Below, piece by piece: positions 36,807 to 49,628 of a stretch of DNA of 64,000 nucleotides. The first letter of the stretch is position 1; the number at the start of each line of letters is the position of its first letter. A model generated the notes under the pieces. It saw only the letters and a list, made by a program, of their open reading frames with translations, searched no databases and was not told where the DNA came from. The translations under genes were made by a program, and so were the position numbers. Origin of the DNA: Macrostomum lignano (taxonomy: Eukaryota); assembly GCA_002269645.1 (NCBI GenBank), contig NIVC01001912.1, positions 1 to 64,000 of the forward strand, in the 5' to 3' direction.

Positions 36807-38006
36807 ATGTCTTCAGACGAAGAGACCGCCGCCGTGCCCAGCTACCAGCAGGAGTATCGACGACAGCTCGAGCAAGCGGATGCAGATGACGAGCGGGACG
36901 CTACGCTCAATCCGGGCGCCGGACTGCTGACGGAACGGTCCGTTGACAGCAACTGGGACGACAATCGCACCGACACTACCGCTCTGGACGGTGATGAAAC
37001 TGGCGGAGAATGGGACTGCTTCCAACGGCTAATGCTGCCGCCAGTTGAGGCTGAGGATCTGATTCGACCGAGTCGACAGGGACCGGACAGGCAGATGTCA
37101 ACTGGCGAGCGCAAGCCGCGACGCTTTGCGATCTGCCACAGCCAGACTGGCTTCGCCAACGCTGAGCCGCTGCTGAAACGGCAGGACAGCGCTGGCTCGC
37201 CGCCATTGTCTTCCCTTCTGTTAGTCAAGTACTATGACACGCACGACCGACTGGGCGTATTCGATGGACACGAAGGATCGCATCACGGCGATCAGTGCCT
37301 GAACCTGGAGCCCGGCAGCCAGTTTGTCGATCTGTGCGTCAGCAATCGCTACAAAATGGTGTACCTGGTGGACCAAGAGAATAACCGGATTTACGGTGTG
37401 GACCTTACGGGTCAACTGCAGTTCATCATTGCAAAGCGCTTGTCTTCACCGCTAGCTGCCTGTATGGACGATCGGCACTCCATGCTGTTCGTACTTCAGC
37501 GTCGGAAGGTGCGCCTGTTCCAGGTAAACCAGCCCACTGATGAGCAGCGGCGCGGCCGACGGCAGAGACACCACAAATACATTGGAAGCATCAAGTCGAA
37601 TGACTTCCGCAATTTGGCTTCCGCTGATGTGCACGACGGTCGACTCTGGCTAGCGGATAGCCAGGCAGATCAGGTGCACGTGTACGCTTACCGTGACACG
37701 GGAATGGAGCCTGTGCACATCATCAGCCTGCAGAATCCGATCTGCGTCAGTCTGGACGCCAGTGGCAGCGCTTTCATCGCTTCCGGAGAGCCGCTGCACC
37801 AAATTAGCGTGTACGAACCCGAGGGGACTCTCGTTGGTAGCTTTGGTGGCTGGGGTTCAAAGCCTGGAAGCATGAAACTGCCGATTGGAGTCTGCGCCTA
37901 CCAGCTCAGCCACCTGGTCGACAAGCGAATGGTGGCTGTCTGTTGCTTCGGCGAGCACAAAGTCCGCATGTACGCTCTGAAGAATTTGGATACGAGTGTC
38001 ATTTAA
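36807..38006 (+). CDS. Single-exon NHL-repeat beta-propeller protein
   Basis: 399 aa; NHL-like blades (VYLVDQENNRI, LWLADSQADQVHVY, GSFGGWGSKPGSMKLPIGV); acidic N-terminus. Confidence 0.75.
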   Translation: MSSDEETAAVPSYQQEYRRQLEQADADDERDATLNPGAGLLTERSVDSNWDDNRTDTTALDGDETGGEWDCFQRLMLPPVEAEDLIRPSRQGPDRQMSTGERKPRRFAICHSQTGFANAEPLLKRQDSAGSPPLSSLLLVKYYDTHDRLGVFDGHEGSHHGDQCLNLEPGSQFVDLCVSNRYKMVYLVDQENNRIYGVDLTGQLQFIIAKRLSSPLAACMDDRHSMLFVLQRRKVRLFQVNQPTDEQRRGRRQRHHKYIGSIKSNDFRNLASADVHDGRLWLADSQADQVHVYAYRDTGMEPVHIISLQNPICVSLDASGSAFIASGEPLHQISVYEPEGTLVGSFGGWGSKPGSMKLPIGVCAYQLSHLVDKRMVAVCCFGEHKVRMYALKNLDTSVI

Positions 38007-38451
38007 GCATCTGACCTTAAAACGTTACTAAATTTACCGTTTCTTGCGCCCAAATTTCAAAAATACTTTATGTATCTAACCAAGGACTACATGTACTCAT
38101 TTACATTAGTCGTCCTTGTATCTTCAATCAACAAAAAAGCTAAGATGACAAAGAAGCGACTATTTGTACAATATGTACTGGCGTGATGCATTTGATTTGA
38201 ATAAATATACGAGTACATGCAGAATTGCATGGCTATTCGACGCTTCGAAGATTTTTCTGAGAATTATCTTTGTAATATCGGGTGTTTTCAACTGAAAATC
38301 AATTTAGTATCTGCCTTAATTAGATTTTTATTACACGTGTAAAACAGTTACTACGAGCTATGTTAAGCTCATAAGAAAAAAGAGCTGAATACCTAAATAA
38401 CTGCACAACATAATTACCGCATTGAGATTCTCATAAAGCCTGCATGGCTTT

Positions 38452-41400
38452 CCCTCTGGTAAATAAACCAGATAACACCACAAGATAATTTGCGAATCTT
38501 GTCAGATTCACTACCGATTTCCTTGTTTGAGGTGCGAAACTGGTGAAACCACCAGATTCGTCACCAGGTAATTTTTTGTTTTCTTGGATGACTGTTATCT
38601 GGTCAGTTATCTGAATTTCACCAGATAACATGGCCCAAATCTTGCTTAGAAATCAGATTACATGACAAGATTCGCCACCAGATAATTTTTTGTTTTCTTG
38701 TTTGACCGTTATCTGGTGAGTTATCTGAATTTCACCAGATAACATGGCCCGAATCTTGCTTAGAAATCAAATTACATGACAAGATTTGCCACCAGGTAAT
38801 TTTTTGTTTTCTTGGTTGATTGAATCTTGTTTGAATCGGAATTTCACAGGATAACATAGTGCGAATCTTGTTTAAAAGACAGATAACAGTACAAGATTTA
38901 AATCAGGATAACTGTGCGTTATCTAGTCTGTAAGAAACCTGTGTGAATCTGAAATTTACCGGATAACGGGATGCGAATCTGGTTTGCATAACAGATAATG
39001 GGAAAAGATTTCAATCAAGATGCCTTTGTGTTATCGGGTCTGTAAGAACCCGTTGTACTTTTCACCCATATTTTTTTCAGAATTTCGTGATCCAGGTTTA
39101 ATTTATTAATTGATTTCCAAGTGAAGGCCCGGATCAGCATTTTTAGCCCGGAATAGCCCCTTTTTCCGGAAATGTGATCCTGCAAAAGTTCGGGAAAAAG
39201 GAAAGCTGTTCCGGCTGCATTTTCCAAAATTTTTCACCTTGAACACTGCTAAATTCTAATTGTAGACCCAAATTTCAGGTTTTCCAAATGAAAATGTTCT
39301 GGATGAGATTTCAGGAGTTCAGTCGGAATTCCTCAGTGATCTAGACCAAGTGATTCGGCAAATCCACAGGGATCAGGTCCCATTGACTCGAATCTCTATG
39401 AAGTTATGGATAAGACTGGACTTCGCGTCTGTTGTGGCTCAAGGCAGCTCATAAGCTGACCTGCGATGGATAATCAATCCTCGCTTCTGTTGTGGCTCAA
39501 GGCAGCTCATAAGCTGACCTGCGATGGATAATCAATCCTCGCTTCTGTTGTGGCTCAAGGCAGCTCATAAGCTGACCTGCGATGGATAATCAATCCTCGC
39601 TTCTGTTGGGACTCAAGGCAGCTAATAAGCTGACCTGCGATGGATAATCAATCCTCGCTTCTGTTGGGACTCAAGGCAGCTCATAAGCTGACCTGCGATG
39701 GATAATCAATCCTCGTTTCTGTTGGGACTCAAGGCAGCTGCTAAGCTGACCTGCGAGGGGTAAAGTGCCATATATCAGCAAACGCTAGCGCTCGTAATGT
39801 GAGGCCGTGCCCACCCTCCCTGCAGGTGATAGCTTTGTTGGCTCTCCAACAAACTATTGCATTCTTATGGTGCTGGAGAGGTTTGACTCCCAATGGCATG
39901 TAGTCTGTCGCGGTTACTTAGTGTATCAGATTACCCTATTATCTGGTGCAGCTGGGTGTCTAGATGGAGCTGTGGCATGGTTCCAAAAGCTCCTACTGGC
40001 CCAGTTCTAAGGTAGCCTTTTTTTAAGACAGACGTTATTCTAGCTCTTGCTAGAGCATGCTCCATTGGGTTGTCTAAAGCGTCTGCAGTGTTGGTGTATG
40101 GCCACCAGTGAGGGATAATTGAACCCCGCTTCAACCGATGAATCAGAGTTGAGCAGTTGACTGAAAATGCTGACCTACGAGGGGTAATCAAACCTCGCGT
40201 CTTTTGTAGCTCAAGGCAGCTGCTAAGAGTAGTCACTTTTATTTAACTACGCGGGTCAATCTTTAATCCGAGGGGTAATAAAGCCTCGAAATTGCAAGGT
40301 GAATTGATCTGCTTTTCGGAGGCACTGTAGCGTCCGTAATGTGAGGCTGTGCCCATCCTCCGTACAGGTGACAATTGAAAAATTGTTGCGCCCTGATTGT
40401 GTGCGAGAGGTTTGACTACCACTGGCATGTAGTCTGTCACAGCTGCTTAGTGTGTCAACGGGCTGAATGATTCTATCGTCATATTTGACGCTTAGAAGCA
40501 TAAGTCAGCCAACCATATTGTTTGGCACAGCTGGGTGTCTAGACGGAGACTGTGGCATAGTTCCAAATAGCTCTAACTGGCCCAGTATGCAAAGCAGCTT
40601 TCCTATTAAGATAGACGCTAATCCGATTTTTTTCGGTGCATGCTCCATTGGTTTGTCTAAGGCGTTTGCAGTTGCACCAGCCGAGAGCAGTCAAGTCAAG
40701 AGAGTAGTCGTTACAGACCATGAGTGTCGGTAATCTTGTCGAGATTTAATAAATCCTCGAACAAGTCAAGGGAGTAGTCGTTACAGACCATGAGTGTCGG
40801 CAATCTTGTCAGCCACTTTTTTCGGAGGGTGTCAATGCTTCGAACGACGCAGTTGATGACGCCGTTGGACGATCGTCCATCGCACTAGCGACATCTGCAA
40901 CGCCAAGTCGGTTGGATATTACTGTTGGCGCACGGGATTGCGAAGACAATCAGGTAAGAGTTTCCAGCGTAGTCGGCATTTCGTGGACGCAACGAAGCCA
41001 GCGCCGCGCGAGCCGGCGCATCAGATGATACACCATTCACTTTGTCTCCGGTCTACGAGCAGCCGATCAACGAAAGCCAGTTGATTCCGGACGACGACTA
41101 TGCTACGAATGACAATTCTATCGACGCAGCTGACATTACTAGTGAACAGTCGTACAATCTGGTAATGATTGTCGGCGAAACGTCGCTGTCTGTTAGAGCT
41201 GGGCGATCGAGTGTGTATGTACATTACTGTTTCTTTATAACTGTGTATATTTTGGAGAAACTGCCTTCCATCGCCATTTAATTTAACTTTAATAATGCAG
41301 AGTCGTTCCATTGCGCCGGCATATAATGCAAGCGCCCGTCAGTGGTCTCATTAATCGCCTTCCACGCGCGCGACCCGATCTTTCAAACGTCTGGCTCACG

Positions 41401-42137
41401 CGTCGACTGCCATCAGAGTCGCGTCCGAGTACAGCAGGTCCGACCTGCGACTCAGCACCAGCTCGCAGCAGATCACCAATTCAGTAGTATCAATTAGTAT
41501 CCACAGTATAAGTAGGTCTACTTATAACTGGACTGTCGAAACTCATACGTATGCCACGCTGTTCTCCAGAAGTTTTTGTTCCTGTTGAGTTTGTTCCTGT
41601 TCCTTGTTTAGTTTGTATAAGGCGCTTACAAAGTACAACCCGCTGTTAAATATAGAGATGCTACTCATAAAATCTTGAATCACCAACTTCTTATACGCAT
41701 CTTTACTGCGAAATTTGATGTCAATGCCTTCCGGCTTCTTTCGCATGGATTACCCGACTGTTACCTGCTCAGCGAATCCTGTTTGCCAGACAGGATAACA
41801 AACAAGATAACAAACAGGATAACACGATGTTTCCCTGCAGGATTCGCATGAATTACCCGACTGTTACCTGGTCAGCGAATCCTGTTTGCCAGACAGGATA
41901 ACAAACAAGATAACAAACAGGATAACACGGTGTTTCCCTGCAGGATTCGCACGAATTACCCGGCTGTTACCTGGTCAATGAATCCTATTTGAATCTTGTT
42001 TGAAACAAGGAAACGTAAGATTTCGTCACGCAAACAAGATTCATACAAGATAACATTTTGCATAACCGGAATAGGGCATGTTATCTTGTTTGAGCGAATG
42101 TTATCTTGTGGTGTTATCTGGTTTATTTACCAGAGGG
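38452..42137. mobile_element. Non-autonomous DNA transposon with 37-bp perfect TIRs (CCC...GGG), EnSpm/CMC-like
   Basis: ccctctggtaaataaaccagataacaccacaagataa at 38452-38488 and its exact reverse complement at 42101-42137; TT on both flanks (possible 2-bp TSD); GATAAC-rich subterminal tandem repeats (~113 bp left, 103 bp right). Confidence 0.75.
39428..39757. repeat. 58-bp tandem repeat (~5.6 copies) inside the TIR element
   Basis: tctgttgtggctcaaggcagctcataagctgacctgcgatggataatcaatcctcgct. Confidence 0.9.
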
Positions 42138-44402
42138 TTAATGGGATCTCAAAATGTTTTATCGACCCGGTAAAAAGATTGTTCAGCTTTATTTCCTGAT
42201 ACATCGCTCAATATGAGCACACGTGCGTATATCTAGTCGACAATTTCCCGCGACAACGGCCCTGTTCGATTCGCCCAGGCGTTGCGTCAGGGCGCCGCGA
42301 AAAACGAAATTTTATTTATATATAAATGCATATAATAACGGTTTAGACTGGATGGTCTGTATATATGTATGCAATATATATTTTATTCATGTATCTAATT
42401 ATATAAAATAATAGATATAATATATCTAATTAGATTTTATCTATAACTAAACATTAAAATAGCCTATTTGTTTCATAGGAATATACGTCCCAACATACTC
42501 AAATATACGAGTAGACTCGAGTTGCCAACCGTATAGGAGGAGATCCGCGTTAAACCCGGCCGGTCGATCCACTCAGTTTTAGATATAACGAGGCCAACTC
42601 CTCAGTTGGAGGAGTAAGGGGATAGAACTCCCATCGCCAGAATTTCATTCCCTGAAATCCATCAGCTGAATCCCATGACCCGAATCCCATCTTCCAAATC
42701 TTCTATGAAACCTCTCAAATTCTTTTCTCTCCTCTCTGCTCTCTCATCTCTCTGCTCCCTCCCCTCTCCTCTCTTACTTCTACTCTCGCTTCTCTCTCTC
42801 TCTTTTTCATCTCTCACCTTTCCTCTCTCCTCTTCTCTCTACTCTCCCCTCTCCTTTCTTCCCTCTACATTCTCTTCTCTTCTCTTCTCTCTCCCTCTTT
42901 ATTACCGCCTCACTCCCCTCTTCTCTCACCTCTATCATCTTTAATCTCTCTCCTCTCTTATATCTAATTTCTTTTCTATAATCTCTCCTCTCTTCTCTCT
43001 ACTCTCTTATCTGACTGACTGAAGGCACCGATAATAAAACCAACTGAAATTTGTCACCCGCCTCCTTACTCAAACGATAGCTGGCTTGAATGTACGTACG
43101 CAACCCCTCAACTTTATCTGACTCTGACCTATCGCAAAAAGAACTACAATCTTCGCAGAAAGCTTAAAAAGTATGGAAATCGTTTTTTCAATGCTGTGCT
43201 TTTTGTATTCATATTTAAAGCAAACAAACAAAACTTATATCCCCAAACTTAGCGTTGCAAGATCTTTCCAGCAATATAATTCTAGAATTACTCCATTTTG
43301 GAATTACTCCTTAAGGTGGGTGCGTACGTACATTTTAAGGGTTCAATACAAGGACCACTGCGTATAAATAGCAAGATGTAAAACTAAAAAATCGTGTAAA
43401 TTTTTAGGAGGTCGATTTCCTGGAAAAAGACACTGCGAAGATAGGAGAAAATCATTTTTTCATCACAAAATCTATTATTTCATTTAATCTGGGGCAGTGA
43501 AGATTATCATTTCTTTAATTTAACATGCACAACATGTTTAGTATGTTATATTTTAATAGCTGTGTAGTGAAAGTATATTGTTTTCTTTTCATTTCTTATA
43601 AGCTGGTTTATAAGCGGGTGCCGAACTGGTCAGCACCCGCTTATACAGTGGTCCTTGGTTTAATATACCACGCAGATAGATTGGCAGACTCCTTAACCAA
43701 TCACCTTACACTCCTTAATAACTCCCCTCACTCCTATGCTGCACTCCTTGGAACAACTTCTAGCTCCTAACTCTTGATTCTTGAACTTTATAGCATAGTA
43801 TACAAAATTAATTCACCCCTTGCTAGGAGCACTTCTGACGCCCAACTCCTAGCTGCTTGCTCTTAAATCTATAATACGTCCTGTAGAATGCTGCATCGTC
43901 ATTAAGTTGTAAAAATCACTGATAATGATAAGAGAAGTGCTAAGAAAGGCAAGTGTTGCCAATTTTTATAAAATAAGTGCACAAGACAAATTTTTTTACT
44001 GTTTTAGAGTTTCTATTATAAATTTGTTTTACCTGCTTTTTCTAAGATGTAATACCTGTTTAAATGGTAACAAAAAAGGTCACTCTGCACAGCTAGGTCA
44101 CGATGACCGGATTTTCAGTTCTCGGTTCAGTTCCGAAATTTAAATTAATTCACTCCGGATTGCCTCTAAATAGTTAGTGTATAAACAAAGTAAAAACATT
44201 TCTGCTCCAATTGCACTTAAACAGCAAATAAAAAAGCATTGCCATTGCAATAAATATTTAAATTATATTATTTTTTTATGATAGTTTTACATTTTATTGT
44301 AATTTTTTCGTCAGTCATTTTAGCGCGCATATGAAACTTATGCAAACGAAATTCAATAAGCACATTGCTTTCGAATTGCTTGGAGAATGCCTAAGGCAAA
44401 GG

Positions 44403-44591
44403 CAGTGGCGCAACCAGGTGGGGGGCGGGGGCGGTCGCCCCCCTCTTATAGGCGCGGAGACCCAAAAAATCAAAGAATCAGAGGGGGGACCAAGCGAATT
44501 TTCGCCAAAACAGAGCCACCCCTCCGACCCCTCTCCCGGGACTTTACCCTCCAGAATCCGCCCCCTCATAAAATTTCTGGTTGCACTACTG
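44403..44591. mobile_element. hAT-like MITE
   Basis: TIRs CAGTGGCGCAACCAG / CTGGTTGCACTACTG; TSD not preserved. Confidence 0.6.
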
Positions 44592-45234
44592 AACGAAAGT
44601 TTCCTTACACACCCTCTCTTCAATATAAATTTTGAATTATATTATATTTCAATATAAAATTATAATATTTTACATATTATAATTATAATTTTAATTTTAA
44701 TTACATGTATATATAATAATATAATTAAAAAAGATATTTAATTTATCTGCACTTTCTTTGAAAATTTAATCTAATAAGAATAAAATATAAGCATAAAAGT
44801 CATGCTCAAATGTCTTTTGCTGAGCAAAACTGTCACTCTATAATGATGGTAATTAATATTTACGCGTAGATGAACTTTGTTTTAGTTTTTAGTTACTCTT
44901 AAGACTAGAAAAAAATTACCTGGGACTATATGAAGTATAATTTGTTTTAACTAATTGTTTTACTTAAATGAATAAAAAATATATACACTGTAAAAGTTAG
45001 CTCATAACAGCAACAACAACAACAAATTCTGCAGCTAGCAATCAAAGTCACAGAGCAGGGTGCTTCAGATGGCGCGCCGCAGAGCCTGAGAGCGGACGAA
45101 GTCCCCCCGTTGGCAGTGTCGGGGCGCCCTGGCGTCGCGTACGTAGGAGGCAGTCCACGTATCGACGGGTTTGGGCCTGACCCCGCGCCTGAGCGGGCCC
45201 TGCAGAGTGAGCAACAGGACGTCCTGAACAGGTT

Positions 45235-45350
45235 GGCGTGTTGACAACCAGTCCGACGCTCAATGCCACCTTGACCAACCTGTCGATCTGGCGGGATGCC
45301 ACCTTGAACGGACGAGGACAGGAGAGCGAGTTCGTCGGCGTAGCCAAGCA
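45235..45350 (-). mobile_element. Non-LTR retrotransposon RT fragment
   Basis: LGYADELALLSSS...QIDRLVKVALSVGLVVN (YADD-region motif, frameshifted). Confidence 0.6.
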
Positions 45351-46455
45351 AATAATAATAAGGCGCTTTTCGCCGTGGCGGCGACCGATGCGTCTGCGCA
45401 GCGCAGGAAGCCGTCGTTAGTCGAGGAGACTGCGGTCCGAAGCACCCAGTGGCAGCAGCACGAAGAGAAACGGCGCCAAAGTGTCGCCATGCAGAACTCC
45501 TGATGAAGTGTCGAACTGATGATGATTTACATGTATGTAATCGCCCTACTAGTGAACCGTCTTCTCATGGGGGAAGGATCAGATCGTATGACTATGGATG
45601 GCTGCCAGCCGTCTATGACCAGACTATGACCGACAGATCGCCCTTCAGATTGTCCCGCCCATGCAAATTGATAACAATTTTTGGTAGTGCTATATTAGAG
45701 ACGCGGTAAGGACCCAAATGTGCCCCATCGATAGCTAAGGTGCAAAAATTGATCATCGGGTTATTGCATGACCCATGCACTGGCTGCCACCACTCTGTGA
45801 CCTGGCGAACCTGGATCTACGGTATGACCAGACCTGGCGAGGCCGGAGCCCCGCCTGGGATGGGTATCAAGGGTTGGAGCTAGCGGCGAGCAGCATGCAG
45901 CCGAATAGCTATAATAGGAATCTGCTTGGGCACAAATCGGGAACTCCGGGATCATACAGACGGATTTTTATCAGGGGATCCTTTTAAGGCTGTGATGACA
46001 TACGGTTCAGATTGCAAAAAGTACATGTAGTGTATAGAGAAAACGTAGAACAGCTATACATGTACATCTAGTTTGGATTGATCAATGGGTTCGGGCCTGG
46101 CTCCTCATATGAAAGGTTTCCTCTCCACATGGAGCACCAGACCGCTGATGTGATGAACCACTGCTGGCCGCAGCGTGCGTCTGCGTCGTGGCATGTCAGG
46201 TCCGCTGATACGTCAGCAGACACAGTCAGCATCTCGGTCTTCAATATGCTGACAACGCTTGAACCCACCTCTTTCTGTGCTTTCAACAGACGAGAAAAAG
46301 AGGCTGAGGTCGCCAGCGTTGCCAAACAAGCTTAGGTGTTTTTTGCCGCTGTGGCGAACGATGCGTCTCCACAACAGATAAAAAAAGCAGGAAGAAATCT
46401 CTCCATTTCAGCATTCGAGGTGTGCCACGAAGCTCACAGATGTTCAATTGAAAAG

Positions 46456-48092
46456 CAGTGCTGGGCGTTAACTAGTTAATTGTTTAACTAGTTAATTAAC
46501 TAGTTAAATTTTTTTAAAAATCGTTAAATTTTCGTTAAATTTTTATGTATTGACTAGTTAACAAAAATCGTTAATTTTTTCCTGTAAGTTAAAGTTAAAT
46601 GACAAAAGTTAATAATTCCGGGAAATGGAGTTCCCCGGGTTCAAAATCCGCGGGTTTCAACAGCTTATATGCCATTAAAAAGTAAAATTAATACATACAT
46701 AAAATAACTTCGCCTTTCTAAGCATTATTTAATGCGTCACAAACTATTACATGTATATATTTCAGTTACAAGTTATAATGTATAGAATATTCCGGAAGAT
46801 TCTGGAATCTTCAACTATTATCTATTGATATTCTACCCAATGACTACTAGAAGTTATCGTTGTACATAGGGATGTCGATTCCCCAGGGAATTTTCTTATT
46901 GGGGACCTGGGGAATTTACTGTCATTCCACGGGGACCCCGGGGAAAAAATAAGTAAAAAACGGCGGATAACTTAGATCTTTATAAGTCACTAAGTGGCAT
47001 TTTTTAAACTTTGATTAAAGCTTTGGATGGACTACATATTCAAGGCGCAAGGGTAAAAAATTTAAGCAATGTTTGTTTAAAACTGTATTTGACAACGTGG
47101 CATCACCAAATCGTGCGCGCACCTTTATCAGAAAGGGTCCAGACTCCGGAGGCGGAAAATGCATACTCAGCAGCTGCACTCGTGGGAGGATAATTAATGA
47201 ATGAGACTGTTTTTATAATCGGAATTTTAATTTCTTGCAGATACATGTAAATCACCATTTTGTCCTGTCTAATACGGAGTATTTTGTTATTGTATGACAC
47301 CCCCCTATGCGTCAGTGACTGACACAGGATATGGCGCTGTGCCTGTGTCAAATCTGTCAAGCCGTCAACGTAGACCAACACAATAGTCAGTAAGGCTTCT
47401 TTTTCCTGACAGGTTTCTACGCTCGTACATTCAATTTGCTTGATTGAAAGACTCATAGTGAAAAAAAAACATTCAAACGGGTCGCTAATTTCATAAGACC
47501 GAAATTTCACAACGCCGAAAATTCTGCATGCAATACAATCCTTATTGTAAAGTTTTCTACAATGTGAAATTTTGGTCTTATGAAGTTTCGGTCTTGTGAA
47601 GTATGGTGTTTCGGCGTTGTGAAATTTCAGTCTTCTGAACCCCCCCCCATTCAAACGTGTGTTGTGTTTGAAATAATACATTGAAATAAGTAGTTTTGTG
47701 GTAAAAAAAGCATAGACAGAGTTTCAATCAGCTTTCTGTGAATGATTTTCTTATTTAAATGGCAAAAATTTAGTTAAAAATGCTTTTTTTCTCCCCAGGG
47801 TCCCCGGTCTAATTCCCAGGGGAGTATTCCCTGACAAGCTCCCCAGGGCGCCGCGACCTGGCCACAGCCGCGCCGCGCCGACCTGAAATTTAAAAAACAC
47901 ACTGAACACATGTCCAGGAAAATGTCACTTTTTCTGTTAGGGAATTATTAACTTTAACTTTTAACTTTTCAGAAGTTAAATTTTGGGCAAAAGTTAAATA
48001 ATTAACTAGTTACAGTTAATTTTTTTGGAGCAATTAAATTAACTTTTTAACTTTTAACGAGTTAAAAAAATTGATTAACTTGCCCAGCACTG
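46456..48092. mobile_element. Defective hAT transposon with 8-bp TSD (TTGAAAAG), nested small elements and a transposase remnant
   Basis: TIR CAGTGCTGGGC...GCCCAGCACTG; TSD at 46448-46455 and 48093-48100; minus-strand PPTSAAAEYAFSASG (hAT dimerisation motif) near 47130-47190; small internal IR element at ~47478-47645. Confidence 0.85.
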
Positions 48093-49190
48093 TTGAAAAG
48101 ATATTTTTGGTGTAAGGTCTACTCAGATGTTATATTGCAAAAATGCTTTTAGTTTAATTTTAAAAAGATTTTCCTTGCTGTAGAATGCATTTGATTTTTT
48201 TGTACAGTCACCATCTACGTCGTAAATTCTAAAGAAAATTCACTCCATTTCAGCATTCGAGGTGTGCCACGAAGCTCACAGATGTTCAATTGAAAAGATA
48301 TTTTTGGTGTAAAGTCTACTTAGATGTTATATTGCAAAAATGCTTTTAGTTTAATTTTAAAAAGATTTTCCTTGCTGTAGTATGCATTTGATTTTTTTGT
48401 ACAGTCACCATCTACGTCGTAAATTCTAAAGAAAATTCACTCCATTTCAGCATTCGAGGTGTGCCACGAAGCTCACAGATGTTCAATTGAAAAGATATTT
48501 TTGGTGTAAAGTCTACTCAGATGTTATATTGCAAAAATGCTTTTAGTTTAATTTTAAAAAGATTTTCCTTGCTGTAGTATGCATTTGATTTTTTTGTACA
48601 GTCACCATCTACGTCGTAAATTCTAAAGAAAATTCACTCCATTTCAGCATTCGAGGTGTGCCACGAAGCTCACAGATGTTCAATTGAAAAGATATTTTTG
48701 GTGTAAAGTCTACTCAGATGTTATATTGCAAAAATGCTTTTAGTTTAATTTTAAAAAGATTTTCCTTGCTGTAGTATGCATTTGATTTTTTTGTACAGTC
48801 ACCATCTACGTCGTAAATTCTAAAGAAAATTCACTCCATTTCAGCATTCGAGGTGTGCCACGAAGCTCACAGATGTTCAATTGAAAAGATATTTTTGGTG
48901 TAAAGTCTACTCAGATGTTATATTGCAAAAATGCTTTTAGTTTAATTTTAAAAAGATTTTCCTTGCTGTAGTATGCATTTGATTTTTTTGTACAGTCACC
49001 ATCTACGTCGTAAATTCTAAAGAAAATTCACTCCATTTCAGCATTCGAGGTGTGCCACGAAGCTCACAGATGTTCAATTGAAAAGATATTTTTGGTGTAA
49101 AGTCTACTCAGATGTTATATTGCAAAAATGCTTTTAGTTTAATTTTAAAAAGATTTTCCTCGCTGTAGTATGCATTTGATTTTTTGTTTA
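48093..49190. repeat. 197-bp satellite array (first unit starts at 46401 and is split by the hAT element)
   Basis: ctccatttcagcattcgagg recurs at 46401, 48243, 48440, 48637, 48834 and 49031. Confidence 0.93.
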
Positions 49191-49431
49191 TTTATTTTCG
49201 TGGAACTGAACGTGGAACTGAAAATCCGGTCATTAGGTCACGAAAGAAATTGGTTAATTCACTAAACTTTTATTCGCGAAGAAGTATTTGAATACACTGA
49301 CTCATACTGGCCAAACAGGCTACATGTATTTGCCTGAGCCAAACTCGTACTGCTACTACTACTACTACTACCTAATAATTCAGTTACAAACCTAGAGCAA
49401 ACAGCGTTTATTTCAAACAACTGCTCTTTAT

Positions 49432-49628
49432 TAGGGATTCCAAAATCCCGACATTTTACAATCCCGGGATTGAATAGTCCCGAAATCCCGATGCTGTTGA
49501 AATCCCGGGATTCAAAATCCCGGAATCCCGGTGCTTTTGCAATCCCGGGATTCGATTCCCAAAAAATCCCGGGATTCAAATCCCGGATTTTTGGCCCCAA
49601 TCCCGGGATCCCGGGATTGGAATCCCTA
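49432..49628. mobile_element. hAT-type MITE with 8-bp TSD CTCTTTAT
   Basis: TIR TAGGGATTCCAA / TTGGAATCCCTA; many internal ATCCCGGGAT palindromes; TSD exact on both sides. Confidence 0.9.
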
